From: Anaerolineaceae bacterium
GTDB lineage: Bacteria > Chloroflexota > Anaerolineae > Anaerolineales > UBA11657
Assembly (NCBI GenBank): GCA_003569365.1
Contig: BGOS01000009.1
Location: 6,580 to 70,579, forward strand
Reading direction: 5' to 3'
Length of the DNA: 64,000 nt
How positions within the stretch are numbered: the first letter of the stretch is position 1; every line of letters begins with the position of its first letter. Positions 45,336-53,547 of this stretch are shown here, piece by piece. The position numbers and the translations under genes are program-made. The notes under the pieces were generated by a model that had not been told where the DNA came from, made no database searches, and saw only the letters and a program-made list of their open reading frames with translations.

Positions 45336-46895
45336 TTCTGGCTGGCGGCGCAGCAGCAGCTGTGGCAGCAGGCGCGCCTCCGGGCTGGCCAGCGCCAGCG
45401 TGGCAACCCAGTAAACCGTGGCACCCAGCAGCAGCCCAACCAGGCTTGTAACCAGTGTTGAGGCCGGCGCAACAGCCAGCCAGGCTGCCAGCGCTGCGCT
45501 CATCAGCAGCGTTGCTGTGCTGGAGCGCAGCAGCGTCTGGCGCAAGGCAGCGCGATTGGCAGCCCCGGGCTGCAGCGCGCTGCGCAGCCAGAGCAGTAGC
45601 AGCGCCAGCTCCAGCGTAGTGGCAATGGTGTTGGCCAGTGCGGGTCCGCCATGTGGCAGCCAGTGCGCGCGCGTGAACCACAAAGCCAGCAGCGGGCTTA
45701 AGCCCACATTGAGCGCCACGGCCATGCCGCCGGCCAGCAGCGGCGTGCGCGTATCCTGTACGGCGTAATAAGCGCGCGCTGCCAGCTCCACCCCGCAATG
45801 CGCCGCCAGCCCCAGCGCATACCAAGCCAACGCCCAGTAGACCATCTGTGTGGCGGCGGCATCAAACGCGCTGCTTTCAAACAGCAGGCGCAGCAGCGGC
45901 CCGCCCAGCAGCCACATGCCCGCGGTGGCTGGCAACGCCAGGTATAGAACTGCGCGCAGGCTGGCAGCCAGCGTGTCGCGCAGTGCGGCATATTCGCCGC
46001 GCGCCGCCATCGCAGAGAAGCGCGGAAACAGCGCTGTGGCCAGTGCCTGCGCAATCACCGCCTGCGGAAAAGTAAAAATCTGGAAGGCAATCACAAGCGC
46101 AGCCAGGCTGCCCGCCGGCAGCGTGGAAGCAACCGCAGTGTTTACCCAAAAATTAATTTGCCACGCTGCCAAACCCAAAACGCGCGGCACCATCAAGGCA
46201 GCCACGCGCCGCAGCTGCGGGTTGGCCAGCCCCAGATGCGCGCGGTACTGCGGTGCATAGCGCCGAAGTGGCGGCAGCTGCGCTGCCAAATGCAGCAGTG
46301 CGCCGAGCACCACGCCGTATGCCAGGCCGCTCACTCCGTAGTGCGGTGCCAGCCACACCGCGCCGGCCGCGATGCCGGCGTTATACAAGACTGGTGCCAG
46401 AGCCGGCGCTAGAAAGTGATTGTGCGCGTGATGCACGCTCATCAATACGCTGCTTGCGCCAAACACCGCTGTTGAGAGCAGCATGATGCGCATCAACTGT
46501 ACGGTGCGCGCCACTTGCTGCGCATCCCAGCCCGGCGCCAGCAGCGTGCGCGTGATGGCAGGCGCAAACCATGCTGCCAGGCCCGCCAGCAGCAAGAGCA
46601 CAATGCACAGCGAGTTGAGCAGGGCACTGGCCAGCGCCCACGCAGCTGGCCGTGAGTTGCCTAGCAGCTGCGCAGTGAACACCGGCAGAAAAGCAGAGCC
46701 CAGCGCGCCGCCAGCCAGCAAATTGAACAGCAGGTCTGGCACGCGGAACGCGGCAAAGTATTCGTCCAGTGCGGCGCCGGTACCGAAGGCGCGGTTGATG
46801 AGCACCTGGCGCAGCAAGCCGGCGAGATTTGCCGCCACAAAAGCTGCCATCAAAATGCCGGCAGAGCGCGCCATGGAGCGGTTGTTCTGGGTCAC
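45327..46895 (-). CDS. murJ: lipid II flippase MurJ
   Basis: 522 aa. GTG 46895, or ATG 46874 (MARSAGILMAAF...). LRQVLINRAFGTGAALDEYFAAFRVPDLLFNLL, about 14 TM. Its 3' end overlaps the PAP2 gene by 9 nt. Confidence 0.88.
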   Translation of the reverse strand: MTQNNRSMARSAGILMAAFVAANLAGLLRQVLINRAFGTGAALDEYFAAFRVPDLLFNLLAGGALGSAFLPVFTAQLLGNSRPAAWALASALLNSLCIVLLLLAGLAAWFAPAITRTLLAPGWDAQQVARTVQLMRIMLLSTAVFGASSVLMSVHHAHNHFLAPALAPVLYNAGIAAGAVWLAPHYGVSGLAYGVVLGALLHLAAQLPPLRRYAPQYRAHLGLANPQLRRVAALMVPRVLGLAAWQINFWVNTAVASTLPAGSLAALVIAFQIFTFPQAVIAQALATALFPRFSAMAARGEYAALRDTLAASLRAVLYLALPATAGMWLLGGPLLRLLFESSAFDAAATQMVYWALAWYALGLAAHCGVELAARAYYAVQDTRTPLLAGGMAVALNVGLSPLLALWFTRAHWLPHGGPALANTIATTLELALLLLWLRSALQPGAANRAALRQTLLRSSTATLLMSAALAAWLAVAPASTLVTSLVGLLLGATVYWVATLALASPEARLLPQLLLRRQPESE

Positions 46896-46936
46896 GGGGC
46901 AGTGCGCCCGACACGCGGCGCGCTAAGAATTATAGA

Positions 46937-46953
46937 CCGCACAATTTGTGCGG
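46937..46953. promoter_or_regulatory. perfect 7-3-7 inverted repeat in the murJ / LysM-gene divergent intergenic region
   Basis: ccgcaca-att-tgtgcgg read directly from the sequence. It could be an operator-like site or a small hairpin. Confidence 0.3.
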
Positions 46954-47029
46954 AATACAGCGTCCGTGCGCCGTCTTTACAAAATTTTTACGGCAGAATT
47001 GCGCGCAATTTTCAATGATGTTCGGCACA

Positions 47030-47229
47030 TTAATTCAAGCTGCGCCGCCCGCACTCCTGTGTTTTTGGTTGGTTATGCTTTGGTCGGTTCAGTTTTGGCA
47101 TGCCATGGCCGACAACTAACCCACCGTGGGCGTTTGACCGCAGTGACCTTGCTGCAAAAAATGCCGAACTCTATGATATATTTATCGTCTCTCTGATGAA
47201 GCGGTTTTCCCATTTAATTCAAGCTGCGC
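47030..47229 (+). repeat. 16-nt exact direct repeat (ttaattcaagctgcgc) at 47030-47045 and 47214-47229
   Basis: The second copy encodes residues LIQAA of the signal peptide of the 47196 gene. The first copy sits in a 34-codon upstream ORF (47015..47119, MMFGTLIQAAPPALLCFWLVMLWSVQFWHAMADN). Confidence 0.8.
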
Positions 47230-49610
47230 TGGTGCTGGCCGTAATGTGTGCTTTACTGCCCAGCGCGACGGTTGTGGTGCAGGCCGCACCCGCATCTGAG
47301 GTTATTTACACCGTCCAGCGTGGCGACACACTTTCGACGATTGCAGCGCGCTATGGCGTGACGGTTGCAGCCCTGCAGCAAGTCAACGGTTTGGCGGGCA
47401 CTGTCATCGTTGTGGGGCAGCGCTTGATTGTGCCGGAGACCGCTGCGGTTGCAGCGGCAGCGCCGGGCGAGCAGTTTCGCTATGTTGTGAAGCGTGGTGA
47501 CACGCTTTTTCGGCTGGCCCAAGCTTATGGCACCAGTGTGCTGGGCATCCAGCGTGCCAGCGGGATCACCGGCACCCGCCTGGAGATCGGCGACGTGCTC
47601 ATGATTCCGGGCACAGGAGCGATCGCAGGTCCCGTTGGAGTTGCGCCAGTGGCAACCTTGGTGCCGGCGGAGGGTGTGACGGGCGCCAAGACCGAGGTCA
47701 CCGTTACGTTGACCCCGACACCGGGCAAAGGACTGAACACCAGTACGCCGGCTCCCGCACAAATCAGTTCGCGCAACTTGCTGACGAATCCGGACTACGA
47801 GGGCAGTTTCGTAAAGTATAAGGACAGCATCGACCAGCAGGTTGCCACGGGGTGGACACCATGGTGGCTGGAAAACGGCACCTGCACCAATCAGGTCCCT
47901 CGGTACTCCGGTGTGAACGCCAGCATGCTGCCAGAGCGCGTCTACGCCGGTTACAAAGCACAGCTTGTTAACGTCTCCGGGGGCAGCTCCTTCCAGGGCG
48001 GCCTGTCTCAAACTGTGACGGGGATTACTGCTGGCAGCCGCATTCGTTTTACTGCGTGGGGCAGTGCCTGGTCCAGCACCGGCACTGACCCGGATGTTTC
48101 ACTTGGCGCTGGTTCCATCAACATGCGCGTGGGCATTGCGGACGGGCTGGTGGATGCTTCCAGTCCGAATATTGTCTGGTCGCGTTACAAGAATTATATT
48201 GACACGTATGGCCAGCTAAGCGTGGAGTTCATTGCTGCATCCACAAGTGTGACCGTGTTCACCTCCGCCTATCCATCGCTGTGCCTGACAAATAATCAGG
48301 TGTTCTGGGATGAGGCCGCGCTTACCTCTGTGGTCAGCACGCGCTACGCTTCGCTGAATGACTTGGTAGGCACCGTGGAGATGCGCAAGAGCATCAGTGG
48401 CTTTGGCTTGGCCGGAGACGGCCAGGACCTGGGTGTTGGCAGCCAAGTTCGCACCGGCCCGGATAGCCGCGCGCGGGTTGAGCTAACCGAGGGCACCATC
48501 ATCAGCATGGACAAAAACACAACGCTGACGCTGGCAGCGCTGGGGCAGGATCTGAAGTCGCCCTACACGCGCCTGCAGTTGGCTAGTGGACGGATTTGGG
48601 TGATGCATCCGGCGGGCACTGTGGATGTTGAGACCAAGTCCGGCACCGCTTCTGTGCAGGGCGGCATGTTGAGTGTCTCGCATGTGGCATTCCCGCGTTT
48701 TGTCACCACCAGCACCTGTCTCGACGGTTATTGCGCACTTGAGTCGGCTGGTGTGAAAGCGCAGGTTCCACCGGGCGCCACGGGCACGGTTAAAAAGAAT
48801 CCGTACCTGCGGCTGCTCTCCAATCCGGTGCCGCAGATTACTGCCAGCATTGAAACTGCGGAGTACGCACAGTGGGTGTCAAACAATCCGGAGGCGATGG
48901 ATGCGCTTGAGGCACTGGTGCCGGATGCCACGCTTGAGATTCCAGCGCGCCTTGCAACCAACACGGCCACAACCACGGTTACTGTAACGCCCTCTGTCAC
49001 GGGCACCGTGACGCGCACCAGTTCGCCCACCACCACTTCAACGGTTACTGGCACGCCGCCAACCTCCACATCGTCGCCGACTGCCACTTCAACCACGACA
49101 CCGACGGTTACGACCACACCCACGAGTACGTTTACTCCGACCGCTACGTGGAACTCATTGACTTCCACCAACACCCCCACCCCAACGTCTACCAGTACGC
49201 CGACGCCAACCAGTACGTCTATCCCCGTGATTGCAATGGCCGGGGTGACCGCGCAAGAGGGTAGCACGGGCGCCACGAACTCCGTGGCGGTGACCATTAC
49301 CCTTACCAAGACGGGACTTAGCGCCTCTGTTATGGCCATCACCTACAGCACATCCACCAGCGCAGGCACGGCCACGGGCGGTACCACCTGCCAGGCTGGT
49401 GTGGACTACATAAATACCACCGGTACCCTCAATTGGGCGGCACTTGAGAACGCCAGCAAGACCTTTACCATTGGCGTCTGCGGCGACACCACCAATGAAC
49501 CGCACGAGACGGTCATCATCACGCTGAGTGGTGTGTACCCCACGGACACCCTGGTAACGCCGGCGGTCTCCACCACCACCGGACTTCTCACCATCGTCAA
49601 CGACGACTAA
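47196..49610 (+). CDS. secreted multidomain protein: 2x LysM, CBM4/9-like jelly-roll, FecR-like domain, Thr/Pro linker, Calx-beta
   Basis: ATG 47196 with a signal peptide (MKRFSHLIQAALVLAVMCALLPSATVVVQA). LysM: YTVQRGDTLSTIAARYGV and YVVKRGDTLFRLAQAYG. FecR-like: VRTGPDSRARVELTEGTIISMDKNTTLTL...GRIWV. Calx-beta: GVDYINTTGTLNWAALENASKTFTIGVCGDTTNEPHETVIITL. Confidence 0.85.
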   Translation: MKRFSHLIQAALVLAVMCALLPSATVVVQAAPASEVIYTVQRGDTLSTIAARYGVTVAALQQVNGLAGTVIVVGQRLIVPETAAVAAAAPGEQFRYVVKRGDTLFRLAQAYGTSVLGIQRASGITGTRLEIGDVLMIPGTGAIAGPVGVAPVATLVPAEGVTGAKTEVTVTLTPTPGKGLNTSTPAPAQISSRNLLTNPDYEGSFVKYKDSIDQQVATGWTPWWLENGTCTNQVPRYSGVNASMLPERVYAGYKAQLVNVSGGSSFQGGLSQTVTGITAGSRIRFTAWGSAWSSTGTDPDVSLGAGSINMRVGIADGLVDASSPNIVWSRYKNYIDTYGQLSVEFIAASTSVTVFTSAYPSLCLTNNQVFWDEAALTSVVSTRYASLNDLVGTVEMRKSISGFGLAGDGQDLGVGSQVRTGPDSRARVELTEGTIISMDKNTTLTLAALGQDLKSPYTRLQLASGRIWVMHPAGTVDVETKSGTASVQGGMLSVSHVAFPRFVTTSTCLDGYCALESAGVKAQVPPGATGTVKKNPYLRLLSNPVPQITASIETAEYAQWVSNNPEAMDALEALVPDATLEIPARLATNTATTTVTVTPSVTGTVTRTSSPTTTSTVTGTPPTSTSSPTATSTTTPTVTTTPTSTFTPTATWNSLTSTNTPTPTSTSTPTPTSTSIPVIAMAGVTAQEGSTGATNSVAVTITLTKTGLSASVMAITYSTSTSAGTATGGTTCQAGVDYINTTGTLNWAALENASKTFTIGVCGDTTNEPHETVIITLSGVYPTDTLVTPAVSTTTGLLTIVNDD
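48955..49222 (+). repeat. Thr/Pro/Ser low-complexity linker coding region
   Basis: Encodes ...TNTATTTVTVTPSVTGTVTRTSSPTTTSTVTGTPPTSTSSPTATSTTTPTVTTTPTSTFTPTATWNSLTSTNTPTPTSTSTPTPTSTSIP. Confidence 0.7.
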
Positions 49611-49691
49611 GCGGCTTGCACGCTGCGGCGCTTGCGCCGCCAATCGGCCGGGGTGCAAACTCTACATTGCCCGCCCCCACTTGTTTCAAAC

Positions 49692-50969
49692 ATGCCCCGC
49701 ATAACAATTTTTGACCGGCGCGCACTGTGGCTGGCGCTCGCGCTGCTTGCCTCCATCAACAGCTGGCACATGCTGGTCACCATGGCGGACCGCGAAAAAT
49801 ATTTTGTGGATGAGATGTGGAACTCAAACGCCGGCCTGAGCTTTGTGACCGGTTTGAACTATTCACAAAACTATGGCGGGCAGGCCATCAGCGGCGGCAT
49901 CTCCACCGGCATTGTGGGCTCGCTGCCCAGCGGGCTGGCTTGGCTGCTGGGCGCCAACTTGTTTGGCGCGCGCCTGGTGGCGGGTGCGGCGGTGTGGCTG
50001 CTGGCGCTGGCGCTCGGGATGCGCTTTTTGCGCGGTGCCGGCTTTGCAGCGCGCACGGCGCTGCTGCTCAGCAGCGCTCTTTGGTCTGTGACTGTGATGC
50101 CGCTGCTGGGATTCCCGTACTGGCATGGTTTTTTGCTGACGCTGGGTGAACTTGCAGGGGCGCTGTGGCTGGGCTGGGGCTTGGTGGTAATGCCCGAACG
50201 CCCGGCGCGCGCGGCGTTTCTGTGGGGGCTGGCAGTGTGGCATTGCAAATTTATTTATGCGCCGCTGGCTGCGGGATTTATTGTGCTCAATAGTGCGCTG
50301 GTTCAGCCAGACTTGCGCAGCAAGCTGCGCCGCCTGCTGCTGCTGGCGAGCGCCTGCTTGCTGCCACTTGCGGCGTGGGCGCTGCTCATCTTTCTGCGCT
50401 TTGGGTTTGCGGGGCTCAGCGGCTGGGTGCGCGAGTACAGCGGCTTTATTTTGGCCGGGCGCCAGCGGCTGGACCAGCCGGGCTCGTTCTTTCAGCTGCT
50501 GGCAGCGCGGCTTATATCGCCGGAATTAGAGTGGTCTTCACTCTCCGCGGGTTACCGCTTCAAGATGCTGGCCCTATCGCTGGGTGCGGTTATAGCCGCG
50601 CCGCTGGCAATGCGGACGGTGCTGTCAGCGCGGCCGCACCTGCGCAGTGCTGCGCTTTATTCCGGTGTGGTGATGGCGGCGATCGTTGCGTATTCTTACT
50701 GGTATTTTTGGCTGCATCTTACAATGTGGACGCGCCACTTTCAGCCGGCGCTATACAGCGGGCTGGGCCTTTTAGTGTTTTGGGGCATCTGGCTTTACCG
50801 AATCCGGCTGCGGCCGCAGGCCGGCATGGCGCAGCGCCTGCAGCTAGCACTAATTTTGCTGCTGGCGCTGCAGACCGTGCTGGTATGGCAGGTGCCGCTG
50901 CTGGAGGCCGGAACCTCGTTTGCGCGCGGCTGCACCGATCTGGCCAGCGCGTCCTGCGCGCGCCACTAA
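49692..50969 (+). CDS. polytopic integral membrane protein, unknown function (possibly GT-C-like)
   Basis: ATG 49692 (MPRITIFDRRALWLALALLASINSW...). About 11 hydrophobic segments. No diagnostic motif recognised. Confidence 0.6.
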   Translation: MPRITIFDRRALWLALALLASINSWHMLVTMADREKYFVDEMWNSNAGLSFVTGLNYSQNYGGQAISGGISTGIVGSLPSGLAWLLGANLFGARLVAGAAVWLLALALGMRFLRGAGFAARTALLLSSALWSVTVMPLLGFPYWHGFLLTLGELAGALWLGWGLVVMPERPARAAFLWGLAVWHCKFIYAPLAAGFIVLNSALVQPDLRSKLRRLLLLASACLLPLAAWALLIFLRFGFAGLSGWVREYSGFILAGRQRLDQPGSFFQLLAARLISPELEWSSLSAGYRFKMLALSLGAVIAAPLAMRTVLSARPHLRSAALYSGVVMAAIVAYSYWYFWLHLTMWTRHFQPALYSGLGLLVFWGIWLYRIRLRPQAGMAQRLQLALILLLALQTVLVWQVPLLEAGTSFARGCTDLASASCARH

Positions 50970-51130
50970 GCGTACGGCCGGCAGCGGCGCAGCATTGTGC
51001 GCCTGTATTGCGCAACGCAAACTGCAGGCATCCGTTTGCGGGCATGACTGCGCACGCCTAGCCGTATAATTTGCGCAGCAGGCTGCACGCAGCCTGCGCA
51101 ACTCATTCGCTCTGCGTCTGCGTAAATCCG

Positions 51131-51646
51131 ATGCAAAAAACAGACCGCTTCTTGCTGGGCTTTGTACTGGGTGCGCTGCTGTTGGTGGCGCTTGTGCTGG
51201 TGTTGGCCGTGCGCCGTCCGGCGCCAGAGTACCAACCTGAGGACAAGCCGGAAAATGTTGCACTTAATTACCTGTTGGCGCTGCAGCGCGCAGACTACCC
51301 GCGCGCTTATGCCGCGCTCTCGCCGGCACTGCGCCATTACCCCGCGTCGGCGGCAGAGTTCGCACACCTGATCGCCGTTAACTCGTGGATCATTCCAGGG
51401 GGTGCAGGTGGCTCAGTCATGCTGCGCGCCGCGGACACCCGGCGTTTGGATGCGTCTGCCTTTGTCACTGTGCGCGAGACGCTGCTGGTGTCGCAGGGTT
51501 TGTTCGGCAGCCAGGAGCAGACGAACAATTTTCAAATGGAGCTGCGCCTGGCCGAAGGGAAGTGGCAGCTGATACACGCCGACAGCTACTGGCTCTTTTG
51601 CATGGAAGACCCGGCGGGCTGCGATAGCACCGTCTATCCTGATTAG
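51131..51646 (+). CDS. membrane-anchored hypothetical protein
   Basis: ATG 51131 (MQKTDRFLLGFVLGALLLVALVLVLAV...). One N-terminal TM and a ~140-aa soluble domain of normal composition. Confidence 0.6.
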   Translation: MQKTDRFLLGFVLGALLLVALVLVLAVRRPAPEYQPEDKPENVALNYLLALQRADYPRAYAALSPALRHYPASAAEFAHLIAVNSWIIPGGAGGSVMLRAADTRRLDASAFVTVRETLLVSQGLFGSQEQTNNFQMELRLAEGKWQLIHADSYWLFCMEDPAGCDSTVYPD

Positions 51647-51696
51647 TCCGCAGCTTTTAGTAAACATGCGCCTGCCGCCGCCAATACTCAGCGCCC

Positions 51697-53544
51697 GTGT
51701 TTAGACGCTGGTATCTGCACGTGGTCAGCGGAATCACGCTGCAGGCTGTTACCTGGGCGGTGATCGGGCTGCTGCGCGGATTGTTGGCCGGCGCAGGCGG
51801 CGCGCTGCCCCAGTCCACATCTCTGCAGCTTTCTGTGGTGTTGATCGGCCTGCCCATTTTTGGGATGCACTGGCGTTGGGCGCAGCGTGAAGCGTCCGAT
51901 CCGGAGCTGGGGCAGCGCAACGAGGCGCGCCCGGTGTATGTGCATGTGATGCTGCTTGCATTTGCCGTTCCGTGGCTTTTTAGTGCGTATTGGCTGATTG
52001 AGGCTGCCCTGCAGCAGCTGCCGAACGCAAGCCGCGCCAGCTTCGTTGTGGATGCAACCGCGGGCGAGAGTGTTGTGGCGCTGCTGGTGCTGGCCGGCAT
52101 GCTCTGGTACTTCAATGCACAACGCCTGGATTTGGCAGCGCGCTTTGCTGATGAAGTGTTCTTCTGCGGTGTGCAGCGCCTCGCTGCCCTGCTGCTCGCT
52201 TTCTTTTCCCTTTCCGTGGTACTCAGCAATGCAGCCAGCCTGCTGGGCTGGCTGCTGTTTGAGCTCAGCCCGCAGCCTTCAGGCATGATGATTGCTGCGC
52301 TGCCGCGCACGGAAGTAGCGGCGCTGCTAACAGGCATGGGCGCATGGCTGCTGGCGTGGCGCTTTGCCCAGCGCCTGTTTGCCGGCGGGGCGGTTGTAGA
52401 GCTGCAGTCGGTGGTGCGCAAGCTGTACCTGTATGTGCTGCTGTTTGCCGGCATGTTCACAACCGTTACAAATCTGGCGCTGGTGTTGGGCGGCGCATTG
52501 CGTGTGCTGCTGGGCTTGCCCGCGGCCGGAGACTGGCAGCCGCTGGCAGCAGCCGTGACAGTGTTTGGGTTTATTTGGGCCTACCATGCGGCCGTGCTGC
52601 GCGCAGATGATGCGCAGGCGCAACTGCTTGGCGGGCAGCTGGCAGTGCGGCGCTTGTACCTGTATCTGGCTGCAGCGCTGGGACTGGGCGCAGTGCTGGT
52701 GGGTTTGGGCGGCCTGCTGACTGTGCTCATTCGCTGGCCGTACGAAAGCGACCAGCGCGAGCCGCTGGCTGTGGTGAGCGCAGTGCTGCTGGCCGGCCTG
52801 CCGGTGTGGGCCCTGGCCTGGCGCGCCGTGCAGGCCGCTGCGCATGCCAGTGCGGCCGAGCGCCACAGCAGCCTCCGGCGTGGCTACCTGTATTTCTTTA
52901 TGCTGCTGGCAGTGCTGGGCGTGCTAACCAGCACTGTGTTTGTGGTTGCGCGCCTCATCAACCTGATGCTGGCTGTGGATGCGCAGGACTTGCTGCCGGG
53001 CACCGCCCAGGCTGTGGGCTATGGCTTGCTGAGCGCCAGCTTGTGGCTGGTGCAGCAGCGCCTACTGGCTGCCGATCGCGCGGCGCAAGATGCGCTGGCA
53101 CTAACTGCACTGGCGGGGCAGCGCGCCACGTTGCTGCTGCCGGCTGGGGATGCATTTACGCAGGCGCTGCAAAGTGCGCTGCAGGCGGCGCACCCCGGCC
53201 TGCAAGTGCTGGTGCAATCCCCGGCACCCGGCGATGCGCTGCCCGACAGCGGCTTGCTGCTGCTGCCGGCCACACTGGCCGCGCGCATTCCTGCCGGGCC
53301 CCGTGCGCTGCTGCTGCCGCTGCCCGTGCCCGGTGCGGACTGGGTGGCGCTGGAGCCCGCGAAAGAGCCGGAGCTGCTGCGCCATGCTGTTGCGGCGGTC
53401 ACACAGCTGCTGGCGGGTGAGCCCGTCCGCCCGTTGCGCGGCTGGACTGTCGGCACATTCATTGCGGTTGCCGCCGGCGGCCTGCTGCTGCTGGCCCTGC
53501 TTGCGATTCCGCTCGTGATGGGCATCACCCTGCTGCTGGATTAG
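51697..53544 (+). CDS. polytopic membrane protein built from repeated R-x-x-Y-L-Y transmembrane modules (DUF5671-like)
   Basis: 615 aa with a GTG start. Recurring module starts: RRWYLHVVSG, RPVYVHVMLLAF, RKLYLYVLLFAG, RRLYLYLAAALG, RRGYLYFFMLLA. Each is followed by hydrophobic hairpins. Confidence 0.7.
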   Translation: MFRRWYLHVVSGITLQAVTWAVIGLLRGLLAGAGGALPQSTSLQLSVVLIGLPIFGMHWRWAQREASDPELGQRNEARPVYVHVMLLAFAVPWLFSAYWLIEAALQQLPNASRASFVVDATAGESVVALLVLAGMLWYFNAQRLDLAARFADEVFFCGVQRLAALLLAFFSLSVVLSNAASLLGWLLFELSPQPSGMMIAALPRTEVAALLTGMGAWLLAWRFAQRLFAGGAVVELQSVVRKLYLYVLLFAGMFTTVTNLALVLGGALRVLLGLPAAGDWQPLAAAVTVFGFIWAYHAAVLRADDAQAQLLGGQLAVRRLYLYLAAALGLGAVLVGLGGLLTVLIRWPYESDQREPLAVVSAVLLAGLPVWALAWRAVQAAAHASAAERHSSLRRGYLYFFMLLAVLGVLTSTVFVVARLINLMLAVDAQDLLPGTAQAVGYGLLSASLWLVQQRLLAADRAAQDALALTALAGQRATLLLPAGDAFTQALQSALQAAHPGLQVLVQSPAPGDALPDSGLLLLPATLAARIPAGPRALLLPLPVPGADWVALEPAKEPELLRHAVAAVTQLLAGEPVRPLRGWTVGTFIAVAAGGLLLLALLAIPLVMGITLLLD

Positions 53545-53547
53545 TTC

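Noticed and set aside
51065-51070. Perfect TATAAT upstream of the 51131 gene as a promoter
   Set aside because: No acceptable -35 lies at 16-18 nt. TTGCGG is 23 nt away, and the alternatives are weak. I did not report it as a feature. An imperfect hairpin (gcgcag..ggctgc/gcagcctgcgc) follows it.
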